Assembly: GCA_964595665.1 (NCBI GenBank)
Contig: CAZQQS010000005.1
Location: 2,159 to 34,158 of the forward strand
Reading direction: 5' to 3'
From: an uncultured archaeon
GTDB taxonomy: Archaea > Iainarchaeota > Iainarchaeia > Iainarchaeales > 0-14-0-20-30-16
DNA length: 32,000 nucleotides
Positions 25,667-31,971 of this stretch are shown here, one piece after another (the stretch's first letter is position 1; the number at the start of each line of letters is the position of its first letter). Below the pieces are notes generated by a model that was not told where the DNA came from, ran no database searches, and was given only the letters and a program-made list of their open reading frames with translations. Made by a program: the position numbers and the translations under genes.

Positions 25667-25693
25667 AAGAGATTTAAATCTCTTTCTTTTTTT
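25666..25693 (+). terminator. Hairpin + oligo-T terminator-like element after rpl15e
   Basis: A perfect 20-nt palindrome AAAGAGATTT/AAATCTCTTT (25666-25685) starts in the stop codon and is followed by C and T7 (25687-25693). It lies 9 nt before the Rpp30 start. Confidence 0.5.
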
Positions 25694-25701
25694 ATATTAT
25701 T

Positions 25702-26175
25702 ATGATTTTCTATAAATTCCAAAATATATCTTTTGTTAGCCCAAAAGAAAAAGGAGATATAATTGTATTTACTAATTTAAAAGAAGCAAATATATTTCCA
25801 AAATATTCTAATAATAAAACAGCAATATTTACTTCTGATGTTAATACTTTAGAATTTTGGATAAACAAAAAAATTGATTATATAATAAATCCTTTTGATT
25901 TCAAATCTCGAGCATTTGATAATAACACATTTTCATTAATGAAACAAAAAAATATAATTCCAATAATTATATTAGATTTTATTTTTGACAAAGATCCAAA
26001 AAAACAAAATTATTTGTTTAAACATTTAATACTATTCAACAAACTTTGTAAAAAAAATAAGTTGCCAATAATGTTGTTATCAAATAATATAGATGTGGCT
26101 AATGCAATGTATTATGTTTTGGGATATAGTGAAAACCAAGCAAAAAATTTTCTAAGTGATTTATATGAAAGTTAA
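25702..26175 (+). CDS. rnp3: RNase P protein component 3 (Rpp30-like), short form
   Basis: 157-aa ORF. IDYIINPF, FSLMKQKNIIPIIIL, KLCKKNKLPIMLLSN and LGYSENQAKNFLS align by eye with the C-terminal two-thirds of archaeal Rpp30. The conserved archaeal L15e-Rpp30-Pop5 gene order supports the call. Confidence 0.65.
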   Translation: MIFYKFQNISFVSPKEKGDIIVFTNLKEANIFPKYSNNKTAIFTSDVNTLEFWINKKIDYIINPFDFKSRAFDNNTFSLMKQKNIIPIIILDFIFDKDPKKQNYLFKHLILFNKLCKKNKLPIMLLSNNIDVANAMYYVLGYSENQAKNFLSDLYES

Positions 26176-26464
26176 AACACATAGTTTGCCTAAAAGTTTT
26201 AGAGACTCTAAAAGATATTTTGAATTAAATTGTAGTTTTGAAGATTTAAAAGAAATTAAGAAAAGTTTCTTATATTTATTTGGGGTTTTAAAATTTGCAG
26301 AAAGTGATTTTGGAATTAAAGACATAGATTCTAAAAACATAGTTAAAATCAACTCAGAATTTGCAAATGAATTTATTTTAAGCGTAAATGATTTTAACAA
26401 ACGATTTAATAAAAATATAAAAATAACTAAAATCTCTGGAACTATAAAATCTTTGGTGGAATAA
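26156..26464 (+). CDS. rnp2: RNase P protein component 2 (Pop5-like)
   Basis: 102-aa ORF with LPKSFRDSKRYFEL, LYLFGVLKFAESDFGI and C-terminal ISGTIKSL, the Pop5 pattern (R.RY, lfG..g.a, SGTI). An alternative start lies at 26165 (MKVKTH...). Confidence 0.75.
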   Translation: MIYMKVKTHSLPKSFRDSKRYFELNCSFEDLKEIKKSFLYLFGVLKFAESDFGIKDIDSKNIVKINSEFANEFILSVNDFNKRFNKNIKITKISGTIKSLVE

Positions 26465-26754
26465 TGGCTAAAGGTATAAATCTAGCAAAAAATAGAAAAA
26501 AAGAATTAGTTGAATTATATTTAAAATCTGATTTTGATCTTAAGAAAAATATTGCTGAGGAAATAACTAATTTAAATAAACGATTTTGTTTAAGAAAAAC
26601 TATTGAAAAAGATTTGTTTTGCAAATATTGTTATTCTGATTTAGCTAATTCAAAAATTAGATTTGAAACAATTATTAAAAATAAAAAAGAAGTTAAAATA
26701 AAAAAAATAATTTGTAGCAATTGTAAAAAAGAAATTAAAAAGCAATTAATTTAA
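26464..26754 (+). CDS. rnp4: RNase P protein component 4 (Rpr2/Rpp21-like zinc ribbon)
   Basis: 96-aa basic ORF. It has an N-terminal helical region, then CKYC ...(~40 aa)... CSNC, a four-Cys zinc ribbon. It forms a TAATG junction with the Pop5 gene. Confidence 0.75.
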   Translation: MAKGINLAKNRKKELVELYLKSDFDLKKNIAEEITNLNKRFCLRKTIEKDLFCKYCYSDLANSKIRFETIIKNKKEVKIKKIICSNCKKEIKKQLI

Positions 26755-26762
26755 TTGCTTTT
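26738..26762. terminator. Perfect 25-nt palindrome spanning two convergent stop codons (possible bidirectional terminator)
   Basis: AAAAGCAATTAA-T-TTAATTGCTTTT has 12-nt arms and a 1-nt centre. It contains the Rpp21 TAA (26752-26754) and part of the stop of the 977-aa gene (26761-26763). Confidence 0.4.
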
Positions 26763-29694
26763 ACTTTTTAGGAAATAACAAAAATAAAACTGCGATTATT
26801 CCAATTATAATTAATGGATTTATTCCACCCAACGAACCCAATATAGATGAGCTAGATTGTGTTGCAGTCTTTAATGTTTCTCCAAATACAGGAGTTATAT
26901 TATAAGCTTGACTAATTCTTGATGTTGCAGCATCTTTAGATCTGCTAATAGTCCACAAAATCAAAGCCAATAAAGCAATTATAGCCAGTCCTGAGAATCC
27001 ACCCATACCGCCCCAAACTCTTTTATACCAAGGTTCTGGTTTTTTAGGTTCTTTTGGTTTTTCAGGTTCTTCTGGCTCTTTTGGTTCTGGTTCTTTATCT
27101 GGTTCTTTAGGTTCTGGTTCTTTATCTTTTCCATCAATCTTTTCTTCCAATTCTGTAAACCTTTCATCAATTTTAGTTAATAATTCTTCAATAGTAGATT
27201 TAAATTCTGAAGCAGATAACAACCCCAAACCATTTATTTGTTCTATAATTTTAGTATTATTTGCTTCTAAAGCAGTTTCTAAAATTGGATCTAATATTTC
27301 TTTAATATTATCTTTTGTCAAAACTTTTTCTTTTAATTCTTTTAATATTTCTAAAGATTCCTTACTCAATGTTTTTGTTTCGCCAATTTCTGAAATAATG
27401 TGAATTATATTATCCATTAAAGCTTCTTTTTCGGCTTTAGTAAATCCTTCTATGCCTTCAATTGCTGTTTTTAATTCATCTCTTATAGCATCCATTCTAG
27501 ATTCTAAATTATCAAATCTTTCTTTTAATGCATCTCTAATAACATCTGCATATTCTGTACCTTTAAAATATTCTTTCATTTTATCTAAAACGCCTTGAGG
27601 AATATCTGATTCAGTAATTGCTTCTTTTACAATTTTTTTCAAATTAGTTTCACCAACTAAATCTTTTATTTCAGACATTATTTTTTCTAAATCGCCAAAT
27701 CTAGTACTGCTAAATTGATGTAAAGCAATTAAGTTTTCTCCTAATTCGAATATGTGATCTTGAGTTAATTTAAATCCATCTCTCATTAAATTTCTAACTT
27801 CTGCAAATCTTTGTAAAATTTGTTTATATCTACCTTTCCATTTCTTTTCAATTCTTCCAATTAAAACATCATTATTTTTTGCTAAAGATTCAGCTAATAC
27901 TGTTTTTAATATTTTTTCAAATATTTGTGGTTGAGATTTTAATGCATTTTCAATTTTTGCCAAAGATTCTGTAGCTAACCTTAAAGTTTCTTCTATTCTA
28001 TTTGCTTGCAATCCAGATCTAGTTTCCATATCTCGCAAAGCTTCGCTTAATCTTAAAAACTCACTTTCAATAAACTTTTTATCTTCTGCAGATAATTTTC
28101 TGTCTTTTCTAACTTCTTCTAAAATAGTTTTTAAGTCTTCAGAAATTTTATCTACTTTTCTTTCTAATTCAGCTAACTTAGTTTTTAAACCGAAATCTCT
28201 TAATCGAGCTTTTTCTGCTTCCGCTTCAATTGCCCTTATTAAATCATCTCTAGTAATTTTTAATTTACCAACAATATTAGTTTCAGCTCTTAAAATTAAT
28301 TCATTAATCTTTTTCAAATCTTCTTCGCTTAATTTTGAACCTTTTACACCTTTTAAAATATTAATTACAGTTTGTTGAGTTTCAATTAAAACCTTAATGC
28401 TAGAAACACTTGCTGGGTTATTAGATAAATTAATTATTGTTTGATGTACTTGTCTCGCATCTGTAAAATTAAATGTTGTTTTAACCCACTCAAAAAATTG
28501 ATTAAATTCTGTAAATCTCGCCCTAAAACTAGGATTTTCTCTTATAAACGTTATAAATATAGTTTCTGCTCGTTCTTGTTCTGGAGTTTTCTTTTCTTTA
28601 ATTGGTCCGAAATCCATTTCTAATTGTTTAGGATTTTTTTTTTCAGGGCCCCTACCATCTAATTCAAATGGTTCTTTTTCTCCCTCAGTTAAAAGTTTTT
28701 GTTCTTTTCCAACAGACAATCTTTTATTTAATTCTATTTTAATTTGTAATAATTGTAATATTTCTCTTCTTGCTGTTTGTCTTTGACCTGGATTTAATCT
28801 TGGATAATCGTTTAATAATTCAAATAATCTTCTTCTATCTCTAGGATTTAAATTATTTGCTTCTACTAACGCACCCTCTACAATAGATTCTATAGCTTTA
28901 GAATCAAATCTTAATCTTTCTAATTCGCCTCGAATATATTTTACTAATGATCTTTCTTGTGGTTCACTTATAGCAAAACTAGCCCCTTTTACTACCACGC
29001 TACCTTTACCAGTTGGCTCAGGTTTTACTAATTTAACATTTCTTTTTGCACCAACAGGCAAACCTGTTTTTGGATCAATTATTTTACTAACTTCTTTAGG
29101 TTTAGGTTCTCTAATACTTTTTGAAGTTAATATAGCATTACCGTTTTTATCAACAACCCTAATTGGACCTTTAGATGAAGATTCGCTTGCCGGAATGGTT
29201 GCACTAGCTTTTGTTCCTCTAGAATTTACTTGTACAGCGCTAGCATTATCTAAACCTTCAATCATTTCAGAATTTGGTCTAACTCTAGAATTCGCATTTG
29301 TACCTTTTTTTTGAGCTATTAATTTATCTGCCCTAATTAATTCTTCTAAAATTCTCTTTCTAAAACTTATTTCTTGAATACGTTTTCTCATTACGGGTTC
29401 TTTATCTCCAAAAAAACCTGTTTTGCCTTTTCTTTTATTTTCAATTATTTTTTCAGCTTCAATACTCAAATCTTTAAATAATTTAGTTCTTGTTTGTGGA
29501 GTTAATCGAGAATATTCTATAGTAATTTGTTTTTTTTGATATTCTAAACCACGTCTTGCTTTTTCTAATAAAATTATGTTTTTTGGCCTATTATTACGTT
29601 CTTTTGCTTCTCTTTGGCGTCTAGCCAACCTTTCAGCATTTATTTCTTCCCTAGGTTTTGGTTTAATAATTTCTCTTGGTTTCTCTACAGCCAT
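26761..29694 (-). CDS. Large uncharacterised coiled-coil protein with PEPK-repeat linker and C-terminal two-helix membrane hairpin
   Basis: 977-aa uninterrupted ORF, which is remarkable in AT-rich DNA. AGGTGG lies 5 nt upstream of the ATG. There is no N-terminal signal peptide; the N-terminus is MAVEKPREIIKPKPREE. Residues ~470-880 are E/K/L/I-rich heptad-like sequence. The tail has KEPEPKEPDKEPEPKEPEEPEKPKEPKKPEP, then GGFSGLAIIALLALILWTI, a ~44-aa loop, PLIIIGIIAVLFLLF and PKK. Confidence 0.75.
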   Translation of the reverse strand: MAVEKPREIIKPKPREEINAERLARRQREAKERNNRPKNIILLEKARRGLEYQKKQITIEYSRLTPQTRTKLFKDLSIEAEKIIENKRKGKTGFFGDKEPVMRKRIQEISFRKRILEELIRADKLIAQKKGTNANSRVRPNSEMIEGLDNASAVQVNSRGTKASATIPASESSSKGPIRVVDKNGNAILTSKSIREPKPKEVSKIIDPKTGLPVGAKRNVKLVKPEPTGKGSVVVKGASFAISEPQERSLVKYIRGELERLRFDSKAIESIVEGALVEANNLNPRDRRRLFELLNDYPRLNPGQRQTARREILQLLQIKIELNKRLSVGKEQKLLTEGEKEPFELDGRGPEKKNPKQLEMDFGPIKEKKTPEQERAETIFITFIRENPSFRARFTEFNQFFEWVKTTFNFTDARQVHQTIINLSNNPASVSSIKVLIETQQTVINILKGVKGSKLSEEDLKKINELILRAETNIVGKLKITRDDLIRAIEAEAEKARLRDFGLKTKLAELERKVDKISEDLKTILEEVRKDRKLSAEDKKFIESEFLRLSEALRDMETRSGLQANRIEETLRLATESLAKIENALKSQPQIFEKILKTVLAESLAKNNDVLIGRIEKKWKGRYKQILQRFAEVRNLMRDGFKLTQDHIFELGENLIALHQFSSTRFGDLEKIMSEIKDLVGETNLKKIVKEAITESDIPQGVLDKMKEYFKGTEYADVIRDALKERFDNLESRMDAIRDELKTAIEGIEGFTKAEKEALMDNIIHIISEIGETKTLSKESLEILKELKEKVLTKDNIKEILDPILETALEANNTKIIEQINGLGLLSASEFKSTIEELLTKIDERFTELEEKIDGKDKEPEPKEPDKEPEPKEPEEPEKPKEPKKPEPWYKRVWGGMGGFSGLAIIALLALILWTISRSKDAATSRISQAYNITPVFGETLKTATQSSSSILGSLGGINPLIIIGIIAVLFLLFPKK
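27031..27129 (-). repeat. In-frame tandem repeat encoding a Pro/Glu/Lys (PEPK) linker
   Basis: The 18-mer ggttctggttctttatct occurs at 27083-27100 and again at 27110-27127 (27-nt period), amid further ggtt(c/t)t units. It encodes GKDKEPEPKEPDKEPEPKEPEEPEKPKEPKKPEP immediately before the first TM helix of the 977-aa protein. Confidence 0.85.
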
Positions 29695-29727
29695 TTATAC
29701 CCACCTTAATATATATATATTCATCAT

Positions 29728-29742
29728 GGAAAAGTATATAAA
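29728..29742 (-). promoter_or_regulatory. Second copy of TTTATATACTTTTCC promoter motif, upstream of the 977-aa gene
   Basis: The reverse complement of 29728-29742 is TTTATATACTTTTCC. It lies 34 nt upstream of the ATG at 29694, leaving room for a short 5' UTR carrying AGGTGG. Confidence 0.35.
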
Positions 29743-29754
29743 TGAATACTTTTC
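29729..29754. promoter_or_regulatory. 9-bp inverted repeat bracketing the TATA-like element
   Basis: GAAAAGTAT (29729-29737) and ATACTTTTC (29746-29754) are perfect reverse complements with an 8-nt spacer ATAAATGA. The repeat lies between the 211-aa gene stop and the 977-aa gene start. It could be an operator or an inter-cistronic hairpin. Confidence 0.3.
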
Positions 29755-29777
29755 TTGTTATTTTTTGAGTTTGTAAG

Positions 29778-30404
29778 TTAAAACATATTTGGTTCGTATG
29801 TTCTTGTCTTACCACCTCTCCCTAAAATTATTATAATTATTAAAACTACAACTATTAAAATACTTGGATTTTGAACTACGTTAGACATTGTACTTCGAGT
29901 TAAATAATACATTAAAAATGCAGCCAATAAAATAAACGCAAAAATTCTTATACTTGGTTTTTTCATAAAAGCTCTCATTCTTTGTAAAAACGGAACTTTA
30001 CGAGTATATTCAGGATCTTCACTTAATTCTTTTTCTTTTAATCTTCTTTCTTCAATTCTTTTTTCTTCTAATTCTCTTTCAGAAACTCTTCTCAAAGCAT
30101 CTTCATTTACAGATACGGTTGGTTCAGATCTTTCTACATCTTCAGACTGTTGTCTTTTTAAATAATTTTCATACTTTTTCTTAGCTAATCTAGCATAATA
30201 GTCAAATTCTTCTCTTTCTAAATCTCCAGATCTCAACTCTAATTTTAACACTCTTAAAAAATTATTGTATTCTGCGGTAGAAATAATCCTTTTATTAGAA
30301 ATATTGTCATAAACATCATAATTTCGAGGAATTTCTTTTAGTTTAGGTTTAAGAGCCTCTCTCGGACGTTCTGCGAAAATTTTTCTCGGTGCTTTTTTTT
30401 CCAT
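29778..30404 (-). CDS. Uncharacterised charged helical protein with C-terminal two-helix membrane hairpin
   Basis: The track start at 30413 is GTG. The ATG at 30404 gives MEKKAPRKIFAERPREALKPK. The middle is R/E/K-rich helical sequence. The C-terminus has SIRIFAFILLAAFLMYYL, a 12-aa loop, SILIVVVLIIIIIL and a basic tail. This is the same architecture as the 977-aa neighbour. Confidence 0.6.
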   Translation of the reverse strand: MEKKAPRKIFAERPREALKPKLKEIPRNYDVYDNISNKRIISTAEYNNFLRVLKLELRSGDLEREEFDYYARLAKKKYENYLKRQQSEDVERSEPTVSVNEDALRRVSERELEEKRIEERRLKEKELSEDPEYTRKVPFLQRMRAFMKKPSIRIFAFILLAAFLMYYLTRSTMSNVVQNPSILIVVVLIIIIILGRGGKTRTYEPNMF

Positions 30405-30440
30405 AAATACCACTTAGTCAAATATAGAAATACAAAATAC

Positions 30441-30455
30441 TTTATATACTTTTCC
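30441..30455 (+). promoter_or_regulatory. TATA box plus conserved downstream 7-mer (TTTATATACTTTTCC)
   Basis: The TATA 5' end is 29 nt upstream of the ATG at 30470. The identical 15-mer recurs upstream of the 977-aa gene. The symmetric TATA may also serve the divergent 211-aa gene. Confidence 0.4.
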
Positions 30456-30469
30456 TATATATTTCTAAT

Positions 30470-31180
30470 ATGCATAAATACAAAAAATTCATTTTAAACG
30501 CATTTACCCAATATTTTAAAACTATACATGTTAGTTTTGGATTTGCATTAGCATTAATAACTTTGGTAAATTTGTTATATGGAATAAACTTTAGTGCATA
30601 CTTTGGAAATTTAACTTATACTCAAATTGACTTGTTAAGTTTTGCATATATTATTCCCACAATTGTATTATGTGCGTTCATTAATTCTCTATTTGTAACA
30701 ATTTTAATTTATTTGACAAAAAAGAACATTATGCAAGAAACAAGAAAAGTTTATCTTTTAGAATTTGTTAAAAAACACACAACTTATGTTTTTATTTACA
30801 ATTTGGTAATTTACTTTTTATTATTCCTGATATTTTTGATTTTTGAAAATACAAAAGCAAATTTCTTAATCCCTATTTTTGCAATTGTTTTATTATTCTT
30901 AAACTTTTACACAATACAATCAATCATTATTGATAACAAACATGTTTTTGGCGCCATTTCATATGGATTTTTTTTCTTAAAAAGAAATATTTGGAAAAGT
31001 ATTTTTATTGCATTATTTTTAACATTAATTTATTTTATAATTGCATTAATTAGTTTTTACTTTTCATTTGGTTGGATTATATCAATTATACTTTACACAA
31101 TTTTCTTTTATCCATTTTCAGAAATATTAAAAACAGTTTTTTACTTAACTAAATACGATATTGTAAAAAGTTATTTTTGA
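30470..31180 (+). CDS. Polytopic membrane protein, unknown function
   Basis: 236-aa ORF with ~6 hydrophobic segments. A TATA-like TTTATATA lies 29 nt upstream of the ATG. No family motif was recognised. Confidence 0.6.
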   Translation: MHKYKKFILNAFTQYFKTIHVSFGFALALITLVNLLYGINFSAYFGNLTYTQIDLLSFAYIIPTIVLCAFINSLFVTILIYLTKKNIMQETRKVYLLEFVKKHTTYVFIYNLVIYFLLFLIFLIFENTKANFLIPIFAIVLLFLNFYTIQSIIIDNKHVFGAISYGFFFLKRNIWKSIFIALFLTLIYFIIALISFYFSFGWIISIILYTIFFYPFSEILKTVFYLTKYDIVKSYF

Positions 31181-31971
31181 GATTCGCCATATCCTTGCAT
31201 TCTTAACATTAATATTTCTCTAACTAGTTCTGGATCTTTAATTCTAGATAATAATTCTATGAAAAAAGATTCAAAATTTGTGATCGAGTATATTCTTGTT
31301 AATTGCATATATTTTTGGTAAAACGCTTCTGCAAATAATTTTTTAGGATCAAAATTTATATTTGCATTTCTCAAAGCCATAAATTGCAATCTTACTAATA
31401 CTTGTATATCCAAATCAAAAGGAATAAAAGAATCATTAAAATGTTCTGATAAATCTGCTGAAGGAATATAATTAGCATTTAATACTTTTTCCCAAATATC
31501 CAATAAATCTTTTAATTCTACTTCAGATAATTCTCTAAAAAGTTTAAATTTTGTAAATTTAGATTTTTCAACAGCATTACCAAAATGTTGAGAAATAATT
31601 AAAACTTTTCCATCTCTTACAACAGCAAACATTTTTGGCAAATTTAATCCAGCATTTCTTAAATCTATAATTGTTTGATTATAAACTTCTGCAAATAACT
31701 CTGGAGTCAATTCAAATTTCAAATCTTTAAAAAATTTAAAGGTTTCTGAAAAACGTCTATTTTTAGAAAAATGATCTAAATTTACTTCTTTTATAATTAC
31801 TCTTTTTTTACCCGCATTTTCAAAATTAACATATCCAATATAAACTCGGCCATTCGCTACTTGTGCTTTTCTTTTTCCAATAAAAATCTCTTTTGATTTT
31901 CTAATTGCATCAGGTCTTTTTGAAATTTGTGTTTGAAACTCTCTTTCTACAGGCATTCTTGGCTTAGGCAT
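31171..31971 (-). CDS. Divergent RIO-like atypical protein-kinase-fold protein
   Basis: 266-aa ORF. By-eye alignment to archaeal Rio1 gives four matches. IGKRKAQVANGRVY matches the STGKEANV loop. KKRVIIKEV matches the VAVKI lysine strand. LRNAGLNLPKMFAVVRDGKVLIISQHFG matches L..AGV.VP.....VLLMEFIG. SADLSEHFN...IPFDLDIQ matches HADLSEYN...IDMGQ. Several catalytic positions are altered. Confidence 0.45.
   Translation of the reverse strand: MPKPRMPVEREFQTQISKRPDAIRKSKEIFIGKRKAQVANGRVYIGYVNFENAGKKRVIIKEVNLDHFSKNRRFSETFKFFKDLKFELTPELFAEVYNQTIIDLRNAGLNLPKMFAVVRDGKVLIISQHFGNAVEKSKFTKFKLFRELSEVELKDLLDIWEKVLNANYIPSADLSEHFNDSFIPFDLDIQVLVRLQFMALRNANINFDPKKLFAEAFYQKYMQLTRIYSITNFESFFIELLSRIKDPELVREILMLRMQGYGESQK

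Noticed and set aside
27031-27129. Short tandem DNA repeats that could be mistaken for a CRISPR fragment or minisatellite.
   Set aside because: The units are contiguous with no spacers, are in frame within a long ORF, and translate to a coherent Pro/Glu/Lys linker. This is a coding repeat.
26761-29694. The 977-aa protein considered as a secreted S-layer protein, adhesin or giant surface protein.
   Set aside because: The N-terminus is highly charged with no signal peptide or class III leader. The only hydrophobic segments are the two C-terminal helices, which implies a cytoplasmic bulk.
29709-29720. An (AT)6 microsatellite upstream of the 977-aa gene, and a similar TA run at about 7923-7933.
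   Set aside because: Short TA runs are expected in AT-rich promoter regions, and there is no evidence of a specific function beyond possible TATA-like character.
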